Below are positions 33,562-40,953 of a stretch of 42,961 nt of DNA, piece by piece (positions within the stretch are counted from its first letter, which is position 1; the number at the start of each line of letters is the position of its first letter). The notes under the pieces were generated by a model. That model did no database searches and was not told the origin of the DNA. It saw only the letters and a list, made by a program, of their open reading frames with translations. Position numbers and translations under genes: made by a program. Source of the stretch: an uncultured Methanosarcinales archaeon (GTDB lineage: Archaea > Nanobdellota > Nanobdellia > Woesearchaeales > ARS49); the NCBI GenBank assembly GCA_964359925.1, contig CAYHWM010000001.1, forward strand, positions 1 through 42,961, given 5' to 3'.

Positions 33562-33680
33562 GGTAGTTGGTGGTCTTGTAGCTTGTAGTAGGTAGTTTGT
33601 GGTTTGTAGCTCGTAGGTTTCTACTTCCCACCTTCTACCTTCCACTTCCTACCTCCCACTCCCTACTGGCTACTCCCCAC
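33562..33680. repeat. 17-unit heptanucleotide array: 8 x NNNGT(A/G)G then 9 x NNNC(T/C)AC
   Basis: GTAG/GTGG cores end at 33566, 33573, 33581, 33588, 33595, 33602, 33609 and 33616. CTAC/CCAC cores end at 33624, 33631, 33638, 33645, 33652, 33659, 33666, 33673 and 33680 with strict 7-nt spacing. The right arm ends 2 nt from the endA stop (33683-33685). Confidence 0.7.
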
Positions 33681-33682
33681 GT

Positions 33683-34231
33683 TTACAACTTCATCCATCT
33701 TGATTCCCAGTAGCTTACGCTTCCTTCGTCGTCAACGACTGCTATGAGTAGTCTTTTCTTCGTGGAGTGTGCTACTCGATTCTTTGCGGAGTACTCGTGC
33801 CATGAGAATGTGGATCCTTCTCGTACGACGAAGACTACCCATTTTGAGTGCTCAGCACCAGGGGTTGTTCCTCTGTCGTATACTCTGAAGTTTCCTCCGA
33901 ATTTGAGTGCTGTCTTCACGGTGAAACCTCTTGATCGTAAGTCGGTGAAGACTGCTGAGTGGTTAACGAAATCGTGATCTTGACGGGAGCATTTTTTCCT
34001 CAATTCGTGCAATGACAATTTTTTGTTTTTCCCATCAAGTACTACTATTTTTTCTTTCTCGACAAGGTAGAAAGCTTCGAGTAATGATAGTCGTACTCTT
34101 CCATCGGAGAGTTCTGTTCCGAATCTTCCTTCTTTGGAGAGTGCGAGTGCTTCTGGAGAGTTTTCTGTAACGACTCCTACTTGATCCCACCACGATTGTA
34201 CTGGTTTCGTCATAGGTGGTGAACCATTCAA
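33683..34231 (-). CDS. endA: tRNA-splicing endonuclease EndA (short, homotetramer-type length)
   Basis: LSLLEAFYLVEKEKI...AVFTDLRSRGFTVKTALKFGGNFRVYDRG...HSKWVVFVV...RVAHSTKKRLLIAVV matches the EndA catalytic domain. Confidence 0.85.
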   Translation of the reverse strand: MNGSPPMTKPVQSWWDQVGVVTENSPEALALSKEGRFGTELSDGRVRLSLLEAFYLVEKEKIVVLDGKNKKLSLHELRKKCSRQDHDFVNHSAVFTDLRSRGFTVKTALKFGGNFRVYDRGTTPGAEHSKWVVFVVREGSTFSWHEYSAKNRVAHSTKKRLLIAVVDDEGSVSYWESRWMKL

Positions 34232-34284
34232 ATCTCTTTAAAAGACTTTGGTCGATCCTTGTCGGTCTCCTAAAAGTTGTTTTA

Positions 34285-35640
34285 TTACTTTGTTATTCCC
34301 TGTATCGTCACTTTTTGTCCTTCGAGTAATGGGTGTAACGTTCTACCTCGTTGGTACCCGAGTGATTCTGCAAGGTTGCAGAACGCGTCGATGACTTTCT
34401 TGTCGCTATGTGCTGGTATCACGTTTCGTGGTTTGAGGTAGTGAATCAAATCTCTCATGTCTTCTCTTCCCCCGTGACCTGATACGTGTATTCCTTTGAA
34501 GAGCCGTATTCCTCGAACTCTTAATTTTTCTTCGAGTTTTTCTCTCAGGTGTTTGTTAATGTCTGTTGGTATAACGTTGCACGAGAAGATGACGTGGTCT
34601 TCTTTTCCGAACGGGAAGGGGAGGATGCCGTCTGCCATTTTTGAGAGTACTGCTCGTGGTTCTCCTTGGTGTCCTGTCGTGATGAGCACGTATTTATGTA
34701 TTCCTTTCTTCATCAAGTTGCTTATTTCTCGTCGCGCTTGGCTTGCATACTTGATGACTTGAACGTCGTTTGCGAAGTGAATAATTCCTGCATTGTCTGC
34801 AGCTTCTAAGTATTTTGCGAGGGAGCGTCCAATAATGACTGGTTTCCTTCCGAGTTTTTTTGAGAATTCGACGATGCTTTTGATTCTCGCTATGTGTGAG
34901 GAGAATGTCGTGACGAGTATTGCTTTACCTTTGTTGTTCACGTTCAAGAGTACATCTCTCAGCATTTCTCTCGCTACGAGTTCTGAAGGCGTTTTTCTCT
35001 CATCGTCCGCATACAGCGTGTCAAGAATAGCAACAGCCACTCCTTTCTCTGCGATTTTTTCCATTCCTTTGTAGTTAGGTTTTTGTCCGAGGATTGGATC
35101 GTTGTCGAGTTTGAAGTCGTTCGTGTACGCTACGATTCCTTCTTTCGTGTGTAATACTGCTATGACGCTTTGAGGCGTTGAGTGTGTAATACTGATGAAT
35201 TCGAGTTCCGTGTTCGGAGTGATTCTCATACTACTGTTAGGGTGCATTGTCCGAATCCTGTTAGGCATCTTTCTCTTCTGGTCTTTTACGATTGCGCTGA
35301 GTACTTCTCCAGTGAATGGGGTGCAATAAATTGGTGCGTCGTACTGTTCTGCAAGGTATGGTATCGCTCCTATATGGTCGAGGTGTGCGTGAGTCGTTAT
35401 GATCGCTTTCACTTTGCTTTTCCAGTCTGAGATGAGCGTGTCGTCAGGTATCGCTTTTACTTTTCTGAGTTCTTCTCTCGTGTGAGTTTTCAACTCTGTT
35501 GCTTCTTCTTCGGTGTACTTAATGTAGTTCGGCATATGGAGTCCCATATCGAACAGGAATACTTCTTCTCCTACTTTGATAGCAGTCATATTTCTTCCTA
35601 CTTCTCCGTAACCGCCTACGGCAAAAATTTCTATAGCCAT
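34285..35640 (-). CDS. rnj: RNase J-like beta-CASP ribonuclease
   Basis: It has metallo-beta-lactamase THAHLDHIG and beta-CASP motifs (TGHQGEP, SGHGGREDM, IPAHSD). At 451 aa it is typical of archaeal RNase J. Confidence 0.85.
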   Translation of the reverse strand: MAIEIFAVGGYGEVGRNMTAIKVGEEVFLFDMGLHMPNYIKYTEEEATELKTHTREELRKVKAIPDDTLISDWKSKVKAIITTHAHLDHIGAIPYLAEQYDAPIYCTPFTGEVLSAIVKDQKRKMPNRIRTMHPNSSMRITPNTELEFISITHSTPQSVIAVLHTKEGIVAYTNDFKLDNDPILGQKPNYKGMEKIAEKGVAVAILDTLYADDERKTPSELVAREMLRDVLLNVNNKGKAILVTTFSSHIARIKSIVEFSKKLGRKPVIIGRSLAKYLEAADNAGIIHFANDVQVIKYASQARREISNLMKKGIHKYVLITTGHQGEPRAVLSKMADGILPFPFGKEDHVIFSCNVIPTDINKHLREKLEEKLRVRGIRLFKGIHVSGHGGREDMRDLIHYLKPRNVIPAHSDKKVIDAFCNLAESLGYQRGRTLHPLLEGQKVTIQGITK

Positions 35641-35910
35641 GTTTGTTTTTTATTTCTCTATCTGTTTTTTGATACTGTTATCTGGAGTTTTTGGTCAAAG
35701 AAGAAAACCGCGTTTTTTGAGCGCTGATAATCACTTGATTTCACTCCGTAAAACACTACAGAATAAGTCGATTTATCGCTTGATTTCGTAGTGTGCAACA
35801 CTATCAATAATCACTCTTATGGAGGGAAGTGTTTATAAATGTGCGCATTTGACGTACCTTTTGACTTGTTTTGTGGATGCTCAACAGCGTCTATCAATGC
35901 AAGTGTTGTC

Positions 35911-35994
35911 GCAGGGTTGCCGGAGTGGCCAAACGGGGTAGACTCAAGATCTACTGGCTTAGCGCCTACGCAGGTTCGAATCCTGCATCCTGCA
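35911..35994 (+). tRNA. tRNA-Leu (anticodon CAA), class II with long variable arm
   Basis: GCAGGGT-TG-CCG-GAGTGGCCAAA-CGG-G-GTAGA-CTCAAGA-TCTAC-TGGCTTAGCGCCTAC-GCAGG-TTCGAAT-CCTGC-ATCCTGC-A. All stems pair, with one G:U in the acceptor. Confidence 0.9.
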
Positions 35995-36080
35995 TATGGT
36001 ATTGCGTATGATATTTCCTGCATTGTGGGTTTTTGTTTTTGGAGGTGTTGGTTTTTGAAGTTGTTTTCAACCGAAGGTTG

Positions 36081-36109
36081 ACGCATATTCGAATCCTGCA
36101 TCCTGCATA
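36081..36109 (+). repeat. direct repeat of the tRNA-Leu 3' end (att-like)
   Basis: TTCGAATCCTGCATCCTGCATA at 36088-36109 is identical to 35975-35996. The extended match is 27/29 with 35968-35996. The GG to TA change destroys the T-stem, so this is not a second tRNA. Confidence 0.75.
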
Positions 36110-36113
36110 CGTT

Positions 36114-37295
36114 ATGGCAAGACATACTCTCTCATCTCAAACTCATTTACAGTACCTTCACTACACTCGCACAGTACTCTTGGCAGATGAGAGAGTATCG
36201 CCAGCACGAAGAGAGAAGCTCGCTCAAAAGATTGTGACGTATGCTGAAAAACGGCACATTCAGAATCTTTCCGAGTTGCACGAAAACATTGATTACTTTC
36301 TCGATGGTGGAAAGTTTCGACAACGTCACATTGCAGGAAATAACACATTCACGTTTGAACACCCCATCGGGGAGGATGGTGATGAAGAGTTCGGAGACCT
36401 TTTGAAAGACGATACAGTTCCTCAACCGTTAGACACTCTCGCCCTTCGAGAACAAACATTCTTGAGTGGAAAAGAAGTACTCGAACAAATCTGTGAGAAC
36501 ACCCCTGACGTTCGACCAATTGCAAACATTCTTCTCGCTTCCGAAAGGGACACTGTTGTTGATGCTGAAAAGGTCGACATTGCAGGGATGGTTCATAGTT
36601 TGAGAGCTTCACTTTCTCGAGTTCAAAACGGGAAACTTCTCACCCCAAAGAAAAACATCGTCACCATAGCGTTCACTCCCGAAGGAGTTCGTTTCGTGTA
36701 CCGCCGAGGATATGATGATGAGAGAGTGAACGCAGTTATTGATGGATACTTTCAAGGAACATCCCCAAAAATTCTCGCTGAAAAAGTAGGAGTGTATGAG
36801 GGAACAGTACGTGAATGGTTGTACCAGAAACTCAACCTTCCAAGATATTCTTGTATGCAAACAGAGTTACTACGAAGAAGAATAGTTGCATTGTTTGATG
36901 AGGGAAAAGAAGTAAAGGAAGTTGCCAATGATCTCGGAGTAGTCTCACAATACGTCCAAAAAATTCTTACGTTGGAAGGAAGACGTCTCGGCGCTCAAGG
37001 CCCTGCTCCGTGGATTTATGAACTCTCCGGAAGTGTGAAAACAGTTGCTGAATTAGTATGCGTGACGAAAGAACACTGCACTTTATGGGCTCACGAGATG
37101 AAGAACTTGAAAAAAGCTTTCTGTTACCTTCGAGATTTTGAACGACGCCATCATCGTGGCCCAAGCAGAGATGAAGTATGCCACGCAACGGGTACAGATC
37201 CTTGGCACCACTTTCAAAGACTCGTTGAGCAAGGAATACTTTCAAAAAAGAAAATTTCAAAAAGGGAGTACATTCGACAATACGAAACGTGGTAG
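36114..37295 (+). CDS. hypothetical multi-HTH DNA-binding protein (accessory/mobile-element-like)
   Basis: The start is trimmed to the ATG at 36114 because the track's N-terminus reads through the tRNA-derived repeat. The HTH-like segments are ILAEKVGVYEGTVREWLYQ, EVANDLGVVSQYVQKIL and RDEVCHATGTDPWHHFQRLVEQGIL. Confidence 0.55.
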   Translation: MARHTLSSQTHLQYLHYTRTVLLADERVSPARREKLAQKIVTYAEKRHIQNLSELHENIDYFLDGGKFRQRHIAGNNTFTFEHPIGEDGDEEFGDLLKDDTVPQPLDTLALREQTFLSGKEVLEQICENTPDVRPIANILLASERDTVVDAEKVDIAGMVHSLRASLSRVQNGKLLTPKKNIVTIAFTPEGVRFVYRRGYDDERVNAVIDGYFQGTSPKILAEKVGVYEGTVREWLYQKLNLPRYSCMQTELLRRRIVALFDEGKEVKEVANDLGVVSQYVQKILTLEGRRLGAQGPAPWIYELSGSVKTVAELVCVTKEHCTLWAHEMKNLKKAFCYLRDFERRHHRGPSRDEVCHATGTDPWHHFQRLVEQGILSKKKISKREYIRQYETW

Positions 37296-37313
37296 GGTAA
37301 GAGCGACACACGT

Positions 37314-37445
37314 TCACCCTCGCACTCTCTCCGCCGTCACTTTGTAGCTTTTTCCGCAGTACACGCACGTTTTTCTTCCGAGCTTGTTTTTTTGTGGTTG
37401 GTAGAGCATCGTGTTTCCGCAGTGTGGGCATTGTAGTTTGATCAT
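37314..37445 (-). CDS. unannotated small zinc-ribbon protein (43 aa)
   Basis: MIKLQCPHCGNTMLYQPQKNKLGRKTCVYCGKSYKVTAERVRG* has two CxxC pairs. Its ATG overlaps the TGA of the upstream BRO-N gene as ATGA (37442-37445), suggesting translational coupling. Confidence 0.5.
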   Translation of the reverse strand: MIKLQCPHCGNTMLYQPQKNKLGRKTCVYCGKSYKVTAERVRG

Positions 37446-38281
37446 TGGTGTTCCATTCTTTTCTTTTTTTTCATATCAAGAAAGTTCTCGTTTGAAACTA
37501 TTGATTTCTTTGTTTCGCTTTCGAGTTCTGATCTTGCATTGTGTGCTATTCTTCCGCCTACTCGTGCCGAGTCTTCACACTCTTTAAAACCTTGAGAATC
37601 CCTCACTTTTGTTATGTCAGTCGTTGCTTTTTCTCCTATCATTGTGAAGATGAGTTCCCAATCATTCATGTGGTCTCTTAAGTTTTCGTTCTTCTTCTGC
37701 AATCCCTTGAACTCCTTGTATTCCTGAACTGTTTTCCCAAACGTTGCTTTGCTGATCTCGTTCGTGAGGATAGCAAACTCTTTTTCTTCTCCAACTTTTC
37801 TCTCTTTCCATTCATCAGTTAATTCTTGGCGTATTACTATGCCTCGTAAACGTTTTTCTATCCAGTCTTTTGGGTATCCTTTTAGTTCGTAGTATGTTCT
37901 TACTCTGTCTTGTGCGAGTTCAGGGTTTTGTATTTCTTGAACACGATCATGCCCAACTCTTGCGAGCCACAGTTTGAACGGTTCGGCTTTCGGCGATGGT
38001 ATTGACTGGATGATTCTGAACATTGTTTCAACAGTCGCACAATCAGTTTCATAGTATTTACCATCAGAAGCAGGCATTTTCAGTTGGTTACATTTTGTAA
38101 CCACCTCACTTCCATCCTCAAGAAGTCTATGTTTAAGTACCTTCCAATAGGTTCTTTGATTAGCACTCTCAGTAAGTACTCCGATAATATCTACAACTGA
38201 ATACCACCACTCTCCGTTATGGAACAGTCGTCGAATTCCTTTTCCTTCAAAAACAACAAGCGCGTTCTCTTTTTCAACCAT
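37442..38281 (-). CDS. BRO-N domain protein (DinD / prophage antirepressor-like)
   Basis: The N-terminal IRRLFHNGEWWYSVVDIIGVLTES...YWKVLK is a Bro-N signature. The C-terminal region resembles DinD-type proteins. TATATAAATG at 38303-38312 lies 22-31 nt upstream of the ATG. Confidence 0.8.
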   Translation of the reverse strand: MVEKENALVVFEGKGIRRLFHNGEWWYSVVDIIGVLTESANQRTYWKVLKHRLLEDGSEVVTKCNQLKMPASDGKYYETDCATVETMFRIIQSIPSPKAEPFKLWLARVGHDRVQEIQNPELAQDRVRTYYELKGYPKDWIEKRLRGIVIRQELTDEWKERKVGEEKEFAILTNEISKATFGKTVQEYKEFKGLQKKNENLRDHMNDWELIFTMIGEKATTDITKVRDSQGFKECEDSARVGGRIAHNARSELESETKKSIVSNENFLDMKKKKRMEHQ

Positions 38282-38323
38282 TGTCCTCTCAAAGCATCAC
38301 TCATTTATATACTTCGTGGCGGA

Positions 38324-38355
38324 ATGTCCAGTGACTATAAAGTAGTGTCCAGTGG
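38324..38355 (+). promoter_or_regulatory. two copies of RTGTCCAGTGR spaced 21 nt, upstream of the BRO-N TATA box
   Basis: The copies are ATGTCCAGTGA at 38324-38334 and GTGTCCAGTGG at 38345-38355. The proximal copy begins 12 nt beyond the TATA element of the minus-strand BRO-N gene. Confidence 0.45.
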
Positions 38356-38381
38356 AGGAGTATTACTCTTTGCTCTCTTCT

Positions 38382-39515
38382 TCACTCTTCTCGTTCTTCT
38401 TCCGTCTTTTCTTCCTCTTCTTTTCCCATGAGTTCGTTTGCTTTCTTGTCGATAATCTTCTGTATTTCAGGGGTCATTCCTTGAGCGTACAGTCCCGTTC
38501 GTTGTTCGAGAGTTGATGGTTGTTGTGCAGGGGTGTCTTCTGGTGTTGTTTCCTTTTCTGGTACAGGTTCTTCTGTTGTTCTTTTTTCTTCTTCTATAGT
38601 GTCTTCTTCTAATCGTTCTTCGCTTTTAGAATTCTCTTCAGGTACTGCTGATGCTTCTTGTTCTTCTGGTGTTTCTTCTTGAATTGGTTCAGGAGTTTTC
38701 TCTTCAATTGCTGTTGGTTCTTGTTGAGGAGTGACTGGTGTTTCTTCTTTCTTCGTTGTTTGTCTTCCTCGTTTCTTTTTGGGTTCTTCGGGGATTGGTT
38801 CTGGTTCTACTGGTAGTGTTTGGAGAGTGTTGAGTATTTCTGGTGTTTCGTTTATTCTTTTTTTGAGTTCTTCGATGTCGTCTTTGAGTTCTTCTGTTGT
38901 TTTCACAGCTATTTTTTTTCTTTCTTCTTCTGATTGTTTGAGTTCTTCTTGTACTCGTTCGTACGTTTCGAGTTTTTCTCCTACTCGTTGTTCTGTTGCG
39001 TGGACGCTCGTTTCGAGTTCTCGTGCTCTGTTGAACGCGCCGTCCAATTTCTCTTTTGGAATGTCAAAATAATCGTAAAACTTTTCTGCGAGTACTATCC
39101 TTTTCGTTCTTCCTTCTTTTTTTCGAGTGATGTATCCTTCGTTCTCGAGTAATGCTAAGTGGTCGTACGCTTTATTCGTTCGTATCTTGATAATGTCTGA
39201 TTGTTTCGCAGGTATTCGTACTGCGATGATGGCGAGTGTTTCGAGTACTGATTTTGTGAGTTCTGTTTGTGTGACTACTTTCTTAATATACGGGAAGAAT
39301 TGTGCCGTGACGTTGAGTTTCCATCGTTCCCCGTCGTTTTCGAGTTGTACTGGTCCTCCTTGTTCTTTGTATCGTTGTTGGAGCGCGTTGAGTGCTTCCA
39401 TAAGCACTTGAGCGTCTCTCGTTCTCGAGAGTTTCTGGAGTTCTTCCTGTGTAACCCATTTTCCTGATGCGTACAGGATGGCTTCAAGTACGTGGTGGAG
39501 TTGTTGTTCCGACAT
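38382..39515 (-). CDS. scpB: ScpB-like segregation and condensation protein with a long acidic C-terminal tail
   Basis: The N-terminal LEAILYASGKWVTQEELQKL... and the second wHTH (LETLAIIAVRIPAKQSDIIKIR...YDHLALLENEGYI) match the ScpB tandem winged helices. The approximately 190-aa C-terminus is Glu/Lys/Pro/Thr-rich. Confidence 0.8.
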   Translation of the reverse strand: MSEQQLHHVLEAILYASGKWVTQEELQKLSRTRDAQVLMEALNALQQRYKEQGGPVQLENDGERWKLNVTAQFFPYIKKVVTQTELTKSVLETLAIIAVRIPAKQSDIIKIRTNKAYDHLALLENEGYITRKKEGRTKRIVLAEKFYDYFDIPKEKLDGAFNRARELETSVHATEQRVGEKLETYERVQEELKQSEEERKKIAVKTTEELKDDIEELKKRINETPEILNTLQTLPVEPEPIPEEPKKKRGRQTTKKEETPVTPQQEPTAIEEKTPEPIQEETPEEQEASAVPEENSKSEERLEEDTIEEEKRTTEEPVPEKETTPEDTPAQQPSTLEQRTGLYAQGMTPEIQKIIDKKANELMGKEEEEKTEEEREE

Positions 39516-40059
39516 TCTGTAATACCCCTTTTTCTAGCTTGATCTGTTTTGTTTTGATGAGTTCATCTACGAATGGTTGGAGGTCGTCTTCTATGATACC
39601 GCACAAATTACTGATTTCGCCTATCGTTTTTCCTCCTGATTGGAGTGCGTACTTGACGAAGTTTCTAAAAATGGTGAGCCCGTTCTTGTCGAGCACGATG
39701 TTTTTCGCGTTCATCATTTTCATGTCCATGTCGAGTGCGTGGAGTTTCGCTTGTAAATCGTTGAGCATGTTGGTGAGTTCTTCGCTTTTGAACTGGAGTG
39801 TTGTTGGTTCGATTATTTCTATGCTTGATGGCATCGAGTCGAAGCAGAATCCTATGAGTGCTGGAACGTTTGAGAATCGTGCTTCTATTTCTGCATAGGT
39901 TGAGAAGAATTTTCCTTGGGGCGCTGGTTCTGCAATTGTTGACGTTATAATAGTGATAGTTTTCTCTTTCTTGAGTCCTTCGACGAATTTCTCCATAGTG
40001 TCCATAACGTGTTCTTTTGGAGCGCCTACCATTTCGATAATGCATCTGGTCGTAATCAT
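39484..40059 (-). CDS. hypothetical protein co-transcribed with scpB (32-nt overlap)
   Basis: It is 191 aa. The N-terminal alpha/beta module contains IIEMVGAPKEHVMDTMEKFVEGLKK...IEIIEP, followed by a coiled segment and a C-terminal wHTH-like GGKTIGEISNLCGIIEDDLQPFVDELIK. It is not recognisably ScpA. Confidence 0.6.
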   Translation of the reverse strand: MITTRCIIEMVGAPKEHVMDTMEKFVEGLKKEKTITIITSTIAEPAPQGKFFSTYAEIEARFSNVPALIGFCFDSMPSSIEIIEPTTLQFKSEELTNMLNDLQAKLHALDMDMKMMNAKNIVLDKNGLTIFRNFVKYALQSGGKTIGEISNLCGIIEDDLQPFVDELIKTKQIKLEKGVLQNVGTTTPPRT

Positions 40060-40102
40060 AGGTTGAACGTGAGAGGCGTTCGTTTATAAACATTGCTTCA
40101 GG

Positions 40103-40113
40103 ATGTCCAGTGG
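40103..40113 (+). promoter_or_regulatory. third copy of RTGTCCAGTGR, upstream of the TATA box of the 39484-40059 gene
   Basis: ATGTCCAGTGG starts 12 nt beyond GTTTATAAAC (40082-40091). This is the same spacing as at the BRO-N promoter. Confidence 0.45.
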
Positions 40114-40202
40114 CAACCGCCCAAAAAATGAGGATTTCACTATTGTTCGATAGTCATAAAACCTTTTAAGCTTCTCGCAGACCTTATGACGAGGGGAAAG
40201 AA

Positions 40203-40736
40203 ATGGTTGAACTATTCGGATTTTTGAAAAAGAAAGAATCGTCAGAGCTTCCTGAAGCACCGCAAGCTCCGAGTGATTCGTTCTTTGGTGATATCCCTTC
40301 TGTTCGGGGTTCTGAAGTTTTTCAACGATTCTCGTTACCTGACGTTCCTTCGCCTCAACAAGTTTCGCAATCGCCCCCTGTTCCTACTCCTCCGGTTCCT
40401 GCTCCAATTCAACAGTCCACTCCACAATCTACTATCGATTCTCTACCCTCCACACCTCAAGTTTCTCGTTCTTCATCTCGTCGACCTGTTGGCCCGTTGT
40501 TCGTCAGCGTGAATGACTACCAAGAAGCGTTAGAGCACGCGTCTGCGGTTTCAAGAGCGGTGGAAGAAAGTGTTGCTATAGCGAAGCGTTTGGATGTTCT
40601 TTCTGATGCTGTGGAGCACTCGTTATCGTCGTGGAGTGCACAATTGACTGACATCGAGAAGAAGTTATCGTTTGCTGATGAAATTATTGAGAAAACAGGT
40701 GAGGCGCCAGAATGGAAAGAAAACCAGTCTTCATAA
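40203..40736 (+). CDS. coiled-coil protein, paralog 1 (amphipathic N-terminus, Pro-rich linker, conserved C-terminal core)
   Basis: MVELFGFLKKK is followed by a P/S/Q-rich linker. The core is PLFVSVNDYQEALEHA...RLDVLSDAVEHSLSSWSAQLTDIEKKL. Confidence 0.65.
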   Translation: MVELFGFLKKKESSELPEAPQAPSDSFFGDIPSVRGSEVFQRFSLPDVPSPQQVSQSPPVPTPPVPAPIQQSTPQSTIDSLPSTPQVSRSSSRRPVGPLFVSVNDYQEALEHASAVSRAVEESVAIAKRLDVLSDAVEHSLSSWSAQLTDIEKKLSFADEIIEKTGEAPEWKENQSS

Positions 40737-40933
40737 AAATCACGGAGTACAATGACCTCTTGGACGTTCTCGCGCTTGCGAGGAGCAAGTTGCAACAAGC
40801 GAAAACGTTGCACTCGAGATTGTCCGAGTTGAACAAGGAAGAGGAGGAACAAGTAGCACGATGGGAAGAACAATTGTCGCTCGCAGAAAAGAACTTGGAA
40901 GAGTTGGACGAAACGCTCGCAAGACCACAGTAG
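40712..40933 (+). CDS. coiled-coil protein, paralog 2 (core only, 73 aa)
   Basis: PVFIKITEYNDLLDVL...RLSELNKEEEEQVARWEEQLSLAEKNL aligns position by position with the paralog 1 core. It starts 25 nt inside paralog 1 in another frame. Confidence 0.6.
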   Translation: MERKPVFIKITEYNDLLDVLALARSKLQQAKTLHSRLSELNKEEEEQVARWEEQLSLAEKNLEELDETLARPQ

Positions 40934-40953
40934 GAAAGTCTACGAAAAAGCAA

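Noticed and set aside
33562-33680. Reading the 17-unit heptamer block as a long hairpin or terminator
   Set aside because: Only the 4-nt cores are complementary between the two arms. The 3-nt spacers do not pair (for example CTC against TTC), and alternating GTAG/GTGG against CTAC/CCAC are frequently out of register. A stable stem is therefore unlikely.
35817-36125. 102-aa minus ORF and 80-aa plus ORF across 35839-36081
   Set aside because: They read through the tRNA-Leu gene and its duplicated 3' end, so the open frames are incidental.
36967-37431. 154-aa minus-strand ORF overlapping the end of the HTH-protein gene
   Set aside because: Most of it is antisense to the 36114-37295 CDS. Only the 37314-37445 segment, in a different frame, encodes a sensible zinc-ribbon peptide coupled to the BRO-N gene.
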